From: Hormiphora californensis
Taxonomy: Eukaryota > Animalia > Ctenophora
Reading direction: 5' to 3'
DNA length: 64,000 bases
NCBI GenBank assembly: GCA_020137815.1
Contig: CM035356.1
Location: 4,526,001 to 4,590,000, forward strand
This document shows, piece after piece, positions 13,656-24,695 of this stretch (the stretch's first letter is position 1; each line of letters opens with the position of its first letter). Made by a program: the position numbers and the translations under genes. A model generated the notes under the pieces. It had not been told where the DNA came from, did not search any database, and saw only the letters and a list, made by a program, of their open reading frames with translations.

Positions 13656-14162
13656 GGGCGCCGTTACGATCTGGCCAGCGTTAAAATCTGGGTGTTTCGT
13701 GAGTGCTGACAAACGGTTTTTTAGGGTTAGGGCAAAAGTAGGGTTATGGTTAGGGCTGGGGTTTGGGTTGAGGTTAGGCCTTGACATTTCCTACCAGATA
13801 AACTTTGAATTAGCCAAAACGGTTGAGTGGTTCGGCGGTTAGAGCCGTTTTAGTGAATCAACTTTTTTGGCAGCGCCCACCTGTAAACAGGTCACCAAAC
13901 ACCCAGATCGTAACGGCGCCCTTACGATCTGGGTGTTTGGTGGCCTGTTTACAGGTGCGCGCTGCCAAAAAAGTTGATTCACTAAAACGGCTCTAACCGC
14001 CGAACCACTCAACCGTTTTGGCTAATTCAAAGTTTATCTGTTAGGGAATGTCAAGGCCTAACCCCAACCCAAACCCCAACCCTAACCCTAACCCTACTTT
14101 AGCCCTAACCCTAAAAAACCGTTTGTCAGCACTCACGAAACACCCAGATTTTAACGCTGGCC
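13656..14162. mobile_element. Palindromic MITE dimer with internal TTAGGG-like tracts, flanked by a 9-bp direct repeat
   Basis: Unit 13656-13921 has TIRs GGGCGCCGTTACGATCTGG...CCAGATCGTAACGGCGCCC and is followed by an inverted copy ending at 14162. CCCGCTCCG occurs at 13647-13655 and 14163-14171. Confidence 0.75.
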
Positions 14163-15042
14163 CCCGCTCCGACCCCTTGCCTGGGCGGACCCGAAACGAG
14201 GTGCCGCCAAAGGCCCGGCCACTTGGAACCCGCTGCCACCTCATGTGCACTATGCAGCTCCCTCATGCGGTGAAAGAGGCCTGCAGCGTTTGCCAACCCG
14301 GCCACTACACTTTTGTATTGACTGTTGATGTTGTGTTTTGCGTCTGTGACTTTGTGTTTAATCTGTTTTTAATCTGTTTTTATGTCTGTCTGCTTGTTTT
14401 GTTTGTTCATCACCTTGTTTCAGTTTTCTATTTTCCATTGTTCCTCGTTTTTGTGCATCCAATGCTACTAGGATATGTTTCACTGTCTCCAAGTATTGTT
14501 TAAACCGCTTTAGGAAACCGCTGATGTTAACTGTATATTTTCACCTCTCAGCCTTGTATCACTTTTATTGGTGTATGGTGTAAGAGCGGGACGAAGTTAT
14601 ATATTAATGTGTGTGACTTTGTGATAAATTGTGCATAAACTTAAACTTAAACTTAAAAAGGGCTTGTGATGGCCGTTGGCGGCAAATGTTAAAATCTGGA
14701 TTCTGGCCACTGTGTTTATAGTGTCAGCAGGCCCGGTTTCCAATGGCTAAGGTCTAAGGGGATGAAGATGATGAGGGTTAGGAGAGAGACTCCAATTTTG
14801 GAGGTTACAACTCGAAGAGTGTCGCTGCCTCCATCCACTCGCGGCTCGCCTGCTTTGTGCATTGAGCCTCCTGTGTGTCACCTCGAGGCTTCTGGTGATA
14901 CTTGAACTTTTTTTTGGATCGCTATGATGAGATCCACGGAAATGGCAAATGTTCTGCTCCGTGTGTCCTGTTTTGAAAAATCAAAGCGACTAACAGCTCC
15001 AGCACACACTAACTATTGTAACTCCTATCAGCCAACTAATTG

Positions 15043-15152
15043 CTGTCTGGCGACAGGCGGCGCCGACTTGGCGTACGCGGGATAGCGTAGCGCTTTTCAA
15101 GGCGCCGACCCGATCTGAACGCAATGAGAACGGGGTCTGGCAACACCAGACA
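15043..15152. mobile_element. Short CTGTCTGG...CCAGACAG MITE family (other copies about 53151-53225 and 55778-55857)
   Basis: Shared TIRs and an internal CAGATCGGGTCGGCGCCGCC motif in three dispersed copies, in both orientations. Confidence 0.65.
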
Positions 15153-15960
15153 GTCCCATTGCAGGAGCTTCCAGTAGATTTTTGGTATATAACTATTTCA
15201 TGCACAGAGATCTCTCTTGAAAAACATGTTTTATGCCACTATCTAGACTCAATATAAACTTACTTACTTACAGAAGTAAGTAAGTAAAGTTGTTCGTTAT
15301 GGCTGCATCAATCAGATCGTTTACAATTTAAACCTATCCGGACATAGCAGGAATCATTTGTGATTTGTCCCCTACACTCTGCTGATAATAGTTGGGGTGG
15401 GCAGCATTCTTTAATGGATCCCATATGTGGGGGGCGCACAAAATAATATTCTCCTGGAATATATTGTCTGCGAACACACAGCATGCCCCCTCTCTCTCCA
15501 GTCAGTTTGCTCAATCTGTTGTGACTGCTTCAATGCTCACCGACCCTTATATTGTACTGTAGTATAATTGTAATAGCCCTTTAAAAATCAAAGATAATAT
15601 AGCTCATCAGATTCCCAGAATTGAGAGTGCGCCTACCCCGACCACCTCCATTATAACACCCCTACTGATCATTGTGTCTCCCATATAGTTGACCTACCCC
15701 AGAGTGCACCCCCCATTACGAGGGGGGTGTGGCGGGAGCTCAAAAAAAACGCAACCAAATGTATGTAGCAACAACGAATATAGTTGACCACCTTCATATG
15801 ACCACCTTCATATAGACCACCTTCATATTACACCCCTACTGATATATATCTCCCTTTATTACATCATATTACATATCTCCTATACATTAGGTCCCTATGT
15901 ATGCTGCCCAAGAAAGTGAGAAGAGAACGCTCCCACTCCTAATATATCTCCCTTCATTAG

Positions 15961-18900
15961 GTCCCTATGTATGCTGCCCAAGAAAGTGAGAAGAGAACGC
16001 TCCCTCTCCTATCCCATTTCTGGTGAACCGTCCGGAGAGGAAGTGGAACCCTCTACCTCAGGTTACTAGTTTACCATTAGTATAGAAGCAGGGAGAAGCG
16101 GGGGGGGGGGGGGAGTGGAACCCTCTACCTCAGGTTACTAGTTTACCATTTATTAGAGGCGGGGGGGGAGGTTGGGAGGGGAGAACCATCCCGAGAGGAA
16201 GTGGAACCCTCTACCTCAGGTTACTAGTTTATTAGTATAGGGGCGGGGAGAGGGGGGTTGGGAGGGGAGTGGAACCCTCTACCTCAGGTTACTAGTTTAC
16301 CATTAGTATAGAGGCGGGGGGGTTGGGAGGGGAGTGGAACCCTCTACCTCAGGTTACTAGTTTACCATTAGTATAGAGGCGGGGGGGTTGGGAGGGGAGT
16401 GGAACCCTCTACCTCAGGTTACTAGTTTACCATTAGTATAGAGGCGGGGGGGTTGGGAGGGGAGTGGAACGCTCTACCTCAGGTTACTAGTTTACCATTA
16501 GTATAGAGGCGGGGGGGTTGGGAGGGGAGTGGAACGCTCTACCTCAGGTTACTAGTTTACCATTAGTATAGAGGCGGGGGGGTTGGGAGGGGAGTGGAAC
16601 CCTCTACCTCAGGTTACTAGTTTACCATTAGTATAGAGGCGGGGGGGTTGGGAGGGGAGTGGAACGCTCTACCTCAGGTTACTAGTTTACCATTAGTATA
16701 GAGGCGGGGGGGTTGGGAGGGGAGTGGAACGCTCTACCTCAGGTTACTAGTTTACCATTAGTATAGAGGCGGGGGGGTTGGGAGGGGAGTGGAACGCTCT
16801 ACCTCAGGTTACTAGTTTACCATTAGTATAGAGGCGGGGGGGTTGGGAGGGGAGTGGAACCCTCTACCTCAGGTTACTAGTTTACCATTAGTATAGAGGC
16901 GGGGGGGTTGGGAGGGGAGTGGAACCCTCTACCTCAGGTTACTAGTTTACCATTAGTATAGAGGCGGGGGGGTTGGGAGGGGAGTGGAACGCTCTACCTC
17001 AGGTTACTAGTTTACCATTAGTATAGAGGCGGGGGGGTTGGGAGGGGAGTGGAACGCTCTACCTCAGGTTACTAGTTTACCATTAGTATAGAGGCGGGGG
17101 GGTTGGGAGGGGAGTGGAACCCTCTACCTCAGGTTACTAGTTTACCATTAGTATAGAGGCGGGGGGTTGGGAGGGGAGTGGAACGCTCTACCTCAGGTTA
17201 ATAGTTTACCATTAGTATAGAGGCGGGGGGGTTGGGAGGGGAGTGGAACCCTCTACCTCAGGTTACTAGTTTACCATTAGTATAGAGGCGGGGGGGTTGG
17301 GAGGGGAGTGGAACGCTCTACCTCAGGTTACTAGTTTACCATTTATTAGAGGCGGGGAGAGGCGGGTTGGTTTCCTAGCTCCACCCCTGGGACCAAAACA
17401 AGGGTAACTTACCTTTTACCTCGGGTAACTTACATGGTAGGTGTCGGTCCGTCAAGACACCTCTCATAGTCTCTGTTTAGCACGGGTATAACTTACCAAT
17501 TTCACTTTTGAAAAGACATGCTGGTAACAAGAATGACTGCATTATGTTTCCCCGCCAACCTTTATTTTCATAACCATCTAATGTGAAGGTGGGACAGAGA
17601 CTGTGCGCCACATTGCGCGGCTCACATTTCCTGAAAACGTGCCATTGAAGTATTTGAGCAACACCGTTGTAACTGAGCGTGTTACAGCCGGTTTTGTGAC
17701 CGTGACACCCCACTAGTATGTAAAATTGTCGGATTCTAAACCCCTATGCCTTTTTGCAAAAGCCATCTGGGTGCTGGTGGGATTTGTTGGTTTATTTTCT
17801 CCTCGGGTAAACTTCGTTAAATGGCCCATCTTTTATTCACAAACCCTCCACGTCTATAGTGTGAATACATGTACGGGACCCCCATTGATCAGGATTCCGG
17901 GGGGGGGTCCCCTTTTGGCCCCGGGGGTGTTTACCAGGGGTCAAAACTCAAATTTCTAAAAATCATCCCCCGAGGGCCCCGACCCCCCGGGGTTTTTGAT
18001 CAATGATCGGGGTTCTGCCGATCTGGTAAATCGGGGCCCGGGTAAAGGGGGTTTCAGGATAATTAGGCAATTGTGGGGCCCCTTTGTGAAACTCCCAGAG
18101 GAAATTTTGGGAGGGGGGGAATTTTTGGTTGAAATTTTATCCATTTTATCCAAGGGGAGAGAGGAGAGAAAGGGGAAAGGAGGAGAGGAGAGGGGAAGAA
18201 AAGAGGGGCGAGAGGAAAAGGAAGAGGGGGAGGGCGAGAGGGGGCCGGAGGAGAGAGGGGAAGGAGGGGGAGGGGAGAGAGAGGGGAGAGAGAGAGAGGG
18301 GAGGAAAAGAGATAGAGAGAGAGAGAAAAGAAGGAGTAGGAAGAGAGGACCCGAGGGAGCGAGAGAGAGAGGAGAGAGGGGAAAAAGCAAAGAGAGAGGG
18401 GGAAAAGAGGATAAGAGAGAGGAAGAGAGGAGAGAAAAGGAGGGGAGAGAAGAGAGAGGAGAGACCCGGGAGAAAAGAGAGGAGAGAGAGGAGAGGACGA
18501 GAGAGAGAAAAGAGAGAAAAAGTTTTTATCCTCCTACTCTTTTGGGCCCCTTCTTTTCTCCTTTCTTTTCCTTTTCTCCCCCTTTTAAAATCTTCTTTTC
18601 TTCCTCCTCTCTCTCCTCTTCTCTTTCCTCTCTTCTCCCCACTCAAATATTTCCCCTAAAACCGCCCCGTATGGGCCCCCCGTTTCTTTCGGATTATTCC
18701 CCCTCTATTACCCCCCTTTATTGCACCGTTTTTGGCTGCTCCCTGCAAAGGGGGTTTTAAACGAAAGAGCGGGAAAGCCTTGACTTTTCTAAAAGGGTAT
18801 CAAAGTCACTCTCAAATTTGACTCTCTCTCTCTGACTTCCGTTATCTCTCTGTCTCTCTATCTCTCTCTCTCTTTCATCTCTTCTCTCTCCCTCTCGTCT

Positions 18901-19001
18901 CTCTCTCTCCCTCTCCCTCTTTTCTTTGTCTGGTCATTTCGAATTGTGACGATAGTCACTCTCGGACGCAACCACATTTTCTTTTTACCATCGGGTTTTC
19001 G

Positions 19002-19063
<62 letters not shown>

Positions 19064-20783
19064 CTCTCTCTTCTCTCTCTCTCTCTCTCTTTTCTCTTGT
19101 TCTCTCTCTTTCTTTCTCTATTTCTCTCTTTCTCTCTACCCTTTTTCTTTCTTTACATCTCACCCTAAATTCATTCTCCTAAAACTCTCGTACTTTATCT
19201 CATTCAGTCTCTTTTCCGATATTGATTGTCTCTTGAGCACCATCCTTCTCAACTAAGAACAAACTGAACAAAATGAATATAAACAGAGTCTCAAGAAAGA
19301 TTATGGAAAGTTTCGTCGTATATCATGTAGGTTGTGTTGAAACGTTTGAATTCATCATGGTGCGTCTAAAAAACAGTCGGTTGGCCTTTTTATTTACGGA
19401 TTGGATTGGGTTAGGTACAGGGATGGTAGAATAGTTTTTTTCCAGGTGGGACTGCCGACTGAACAAAGTTTTTGGTTTATAAACCAAAAAGTCCATTTTT
19501 CTAATTCGGAAAATTTTGAAGTTTTGGACGAAAAATTCAGTATTTTGATCCCCCCGTTTTCACCACCCCTGGTTGGGAAGTATGTAATAGTTTCCCAATT
19601 TGTTCAAACCATTGTGTATTTTTAATTGTTCTTCCGAAAAAATTTATTCAAACCCTATGTTTGTGAATGCTCCTAATAGGTGTTTTTTCTCGAGTCTCCC
19701 GCATTTGAAAAATTGCTGCTGCTCTCTTTCTCTCTATCCTCTAAATCTCTCCAACATTGTTCTCACTGTCCTCATTTCGGTAGAATCTTCTCCATCTCTC
19801 CTTCTTCTTGTGCACAGTGTGCACAGTATAGACAGAATGCACGCTGCTGCAGTAGTAGCAACAGTTTTAAACAAATCTAGAGAAATCCCGGCTGCTCAGA
19901 GTAAATTAATTTCAGTAATAAGTTGTATGAAATAATAATTTTAGCACCTAACCTAACACGAGGTGCATAATCTCACTATCCAAATGCAGTTTTCCTCATT
20001 TCCCTAAACCCCTTTTCATTAAATATCAACAGTTAAAATACTGCAGTGCCAGCTCATGAAAGCAGCTCTCCCTCCACAAATTCTCCGTTTCGATTTGATC
20101 AGGCCATATTTGCATTGCCGGGACATCTATATACCGGGGGGGGGGGGGGGGGGGGTACATCTCGGCAAAATTGACACCAATAAAAATAGCTTGGTTGTCC
20201 CCTATTTCTCTTTAGGGGCTAATGGAGGGGGAATTCTAGTGTGGGAGAGAGACATTCTTGTTTCATTTTTGGCCTAATTAGGGAAACACTATCTATTTCA
20301 CCTTGCAGCTCTAGGGAAACATGCTATTTCACCTCACAGTTTTAAGAATCTAGTTTGACAGGTACAAGCTGTCTCTCTCTCTATTATAGAGGGGGTGTTT
20401 AGTGAGATGGAGCTATACAGAAGGGATGATGGGATGTTGTTAATAAATAATATCATTCTCCATCCCCTGAATCCTTCCTCAAATTCCCGTCTTGAGAACC
20501 GTAGAGTCTTTTTCAAGGATGTCTATCCCCCACTGTATCCACTATGTTCCTTCAATTCAACAGGGAATTGGGTGGGTGAGGAACTATTTAAACCGATTCT
20601 AAACTGTGATATATTATTCGAATTTAAACCAATTCTAAGCGGTGATACATTCCTCCATAGGTCAACAAGCATCACAAAGCGCATCTGCGGTTTCAAAAGC
20701 GATATCCTTCTTTGAGACACCAGGGTTACCAGGACCTAGTAGTAGTTCTGACTTCCCACCAGCCACTCCTTCACCGGCCCGTG
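15961..20783 (+). CDS. Tentative exons of an unknown low-complexity S/P-rich protein
   Basis: 15961-16061 (SLCMLPKKVRRERSLSYPISGEPSGEEVEPSTS, ends phase 1) joins in phase to 20661-20783 (GQQASQSASAVSKAISFFETPGLPGPSSSSDFPPATPSPAR, AG|...|GTAAGT). A phase-compatible upstream exon may end at 6666, and a further exon may lie near 21741-22228. No homology recognised. Confidence 0.35.
16041..17350. repeat. 65-bp G-rich minisatellite, about 20 copies
   Basis: Unit GAGTGGAACCCTCTACCTCAGGTTACTAGTTTACCATTAGTATAGAGGCGGGGGGGTTGGGAGGG with a C/G dimorphism (GAACCCT/GAACGCT). Confidence 0.95.
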
Positions 20784-21015
20784 GTAAGTCCTGACAGTTC
20801 CCACCAGCCACTCCTTCACCGGCCCGTGGTAAGTTCTGACAGTTCCCACCAGCCACTCCTTCACCGGCCCGTGGTAAGTTCTGACAGTTCCCACCAGCCA
20901 CTCCTTCACCGGCCCGTGGTAAGTCCTGACAGTTCCCACCAGCCACTCCTTCACCGGCCCGTGGTAAGTCCTGACAGTTCCCACCCGCAACCTCTTCACC
21001 GGCCCGTGGTAAGTC
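20748..21015. repeat. 45-bp minisatellite, 6 copies, each containing G|GTAAGT
   Basis: Unit TTCCCACCAGCCACTCCTTCACCGGCCCGTGGTAAGTCCTGACAG. Confidence 0.95.
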
Positions 21016-21950
21016 AAGCTGTTGATTATACAACTAGAAAAGGTCTGAATAAGTCACGTTATACGTGCACGAAGTAAGTTGTGTCGAGCAAGTTATTTGA
21101 GGTAGCTCAGTATAGGAACGTGTCTACTCCGAATCCTGCAGTATAATTGTGTAAAAACCTAAAATATACAGCTCCTTGTGTAAGGATTCGTGTTATACAT
21201 GACAGGATATATATTTTACTGGTATGTTTTATATTCTGCTTCTTCATAAACACGTCTTGTTCCTACTGCACACGTGATGGGTATCTGGTGTGGTAAAGGA
21301 ACTGCAACAAAACAGGGCCGCATTGTTTTAGGAGGATCATTGAATTGATTGGTTGTTGCCTACCCTCTTGTTGCAGCTCCCCAGACCTCAGCAACGCAAT
21401 TGTTGGTGCATGTCTAGGGAACACCTCACCAAATATTTAATTTTGTAAAAGACAAGGACCGGCGGGTAATTTGTTCACGACTGGATTGCCATAATGATGA
21501 TTGTAGCACTTAAAGCAGTCTCTGTATAGTAGTATAGTTCTGCAGCGCCACCCCAGGGGCAGGAATCAGGAAATAATGGTCCCTGATTGGCTGATAACCA
21601 ATCACGTGACCTAAATAACGAGTTCTGATTGGTTGTTTACTTGTCTCGGTCGGTTTCTGCCGGGCGCCACCCCAGGGGCAACAACAATCGAACTGTGTTC
21701 TAGTGTTGCACTGCACACCCATTACCTATTGTGTTCTAGTGTACTCGGGTCACTTTCGGGTCTTTCAAGAAAGCCCCTACCAGTTCACAGTTTATTAGTG
21801 GCTAATCGGCCGGTAAATGAACCCCCAGACCTTCTAGTTCTGCATGGAAGGCGAGTGAAGCAGCATAACCACTACCACGCCGAAATTCACATGTCACTGT
21901 CATCCCTCTGCAACTTCCCCGATCTTGATCCCACTTCCTCAATCTTGCAC

Positions 21951-21994
<44 letters not shown>

Positions 21995-22525
21995 CACCCC
22001 AATTTCCCTAATTTCCCCCTCTCTCCCCCGGGGTTTTGGGACATTCGCACAAAGTGGGCACCCTAGGGGAATTTCCCAATCCCAAACCCCCTCTTTTTTT
22101 TTTTCCCAAAAGGCGCCTTTTCGCGTCAGGGCTGATCGGGGGGGGTTGGGCCGCAGCGGTGGTGGAGGTTTGGATATCCCCCCGGGGTTTTAAAAATTTT
22201 CCCGATCCCCGCCTTACCCTCCTCAGAGGTATGAGTTAATCAGCCAATTAGTGAGTTAATCAGCCAATTAGTAAGTTAATTACCCCTTTAGTGAAAAAAA
22301 TTACCCAAAAATTTAGTGATTTAATCACCCAAATTTAGTAATTTAAATTTTAATTGTTATACATTTTTTTTTTTTTAGAAAATCCCGTATAGGGCCCTTC
22401 AAAAAACCATTTCATTATTTAAAATTCCCGTTACGATGGGAAAATTTCGAAAAAGCCCAAATTCCCCTTGGAGAGGCCCGGCCCCAGAAGTTTTTGGGGG
22501 TTAGGGTATGCGTGCTTAGAATTAG

Positions 22526-22666
<141 letters not shown>

Positions 22667-23344
22667 TCCCTCATTGTGTCCCAAGTCTTTAAAGAAAATC
22701 CTTCACCCACGTTGTTTCGATATCAAGGCATGCATGATCTCACGTAACAAAAATGTACTCACTGAGAGAGAAAGATAGATCAGGGATAGAGATAGAGGGA
22801 GACAGAGATAGAAAGAGAGAGTGACAGATAGAGAAAGAGAGAGGGACAGAGATAGAGAAAGAGGGAGACAGAGATAGAAAGAGAGGGAGACAGAGATAGA
22901 AAGAGAGGGGGAGAGAGATAGAAAAAGAGGGAGACAGAGATAGAAAGAGAGGGAGACAGAAAGATAATCGTGATCTGCCAGTGAGATTCTCAGCTAGCAG
23001 TTTCTACTCCAGCAAAGTAGTAAGTATCAATCACTTTTTTACCATGTGATATTACTGGGGTACACTCAAACCTCGATTTACCGGGCGGATTAAATTCCTC
23101 GATGTGTAGGAAATTCATTTTATCCTGATTTATATACACTTTGCACCTCGATATACCGTCTTCCGAGAATTACCCACGGAGATTTGGAGGGTTGGTCTTT
23201 CAACAACTTTTGAGGTTAACTTTTGTGTTTTGGCCTAAATCCCAATTCCTCCACCTTCACATAATCTGCTGCAATGCATCCATCCTCCTACTCCTGTCGC
23301 TGCACTGTGGAGTGAGAGAGGGAGAGAGAGAGAGGGAGAGAGAG

Positions 23345-23394
<50 letters not shown>

Positions 23395-23692
23395 GAGAGA
23401 TAGAGAGATAGAGAAAGAGAGAAAGAGAGATCATTATACCTTAAAGGCTGGATGAAGCTTAATTATTCGGTGCGCCAGTGACGCCGCAGTCCAGGTACCA
23501 CGTGCGTTCTCCCTCACTCAATCTCACTATCTTTCTCTCTCTCCCTCACTCCATCTCACTATCGTTCTCTCTCTCGCTCACTCAATCTCACTATCATTCT
23601 CTCTCCTTCAGTCAATCTCTTTCGCTTTCTTCAAACTCTCTCTCACTATATGACTATCTCCTTCACACTTACCATATGAGAGAAAGATGGAT

Positions 23693-23753
<61 letters not shown>

Positions 23754-24340
23754 GAGAGAGAGAGAAGAATGAATGTGTTCCTATACAGGTGCAGAGCATT
23801 GACGTCATTTTATTATACCAGTACAGTTAGATAGATGGAGCGGTACACTAGATAGATGGGGTGCAGTTGGTACAGATACAGTGATCATGGGGGCTACAGA
23901 AAATAGAAGATATTAAACGTAGATGTAGAGCAATAAAGAACTGATACTTGAAGCAGAAAGGGTTTGAGTTGAATACAGATAATGCAGATGGAGGTCACCC
24001 TAGGAATAAATGAGAGCGATTTGGTGCGGATAGGTGGTTTTATTATTTGTGTGTTAGTAAGTCTCGCTCGCTCTCCGTGGATCGGTGGATCGCAATCAAT
24101 TCACAATCGTGCACTACCCCGCCCAACTCCCTGCCCCACCCCTACTACTATTGAGAGCAGTACATAAAGGATGCTTTGTTCGTCGAACTAATTGCTGGGC
24201 TAGAGAGAGCGAGCGAGAGAGTGGGGTAGAGAGAGAGAGAGCGAGGTGAGAAAGATAAAGAAACTATCTGCATCAGCGAATGTTTGATCGTGTGACGCAA
24301 ACCGTTTGTTCGTATATTCACTGAACAAAATCTGGTGCTA

Positions 24341-24695
24341 AGTTATCGGTTTTTAGGACTCTTCAAGACTGCAAAGTTATCGGTTTTTAGGACTCTCCAA
24401 GACTACAAAGTTATCGGTTTTTAGGACTCTCCAAGACTACAAAGTTATCGGTTTTTAGGACTCTCCAAGACTGCAAAGTTATCGGTTTTTAGGACTCTCC
24501 AAGACTGCAAAGTTATCGGTTTTTAGGACTCTCCAAGACTGCAAAGTTATCGGTTTTTAGGACTCTCCAAGACTGCAAAGTTATCGGTTTTTAGGACTCT
24601 CCAAGACTGCAAAGTTATCGGTTTTTAGGACTCTCCAAGACTGCAAAGTTATCGGTTTTTAGGACTCTCCAAGACTGACAAAGTTATCGGTTTTT
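24341..24695. repeat. 34-bp minisatellite, about 10 copies
   Basis: Unit AAGTTATCGGTTTTTAGGACTCTCCAAGACTGCA. Confidence 0.95.

Noticed and set aside
13720-14115. Telomere or telomere-fusion site
   Set aside because: There are only a few degenerate TTAGGG units, and they lie inside a TIR element with a flanking direct repeat.
16041-17350. CRISPR-like array (also considered for the 34-, 45-, 54- and 20-bp arrays)
   Set aside because: Units are head-to-tail with no unique spacers, there are no cas genes, and the context is eukaryotic.
20395-20715. 106-aa ORF as a standalone gene
   Set aside because: GTG start and no recognisable motif; it overlaps a better-supported exon in another frame from 20661.
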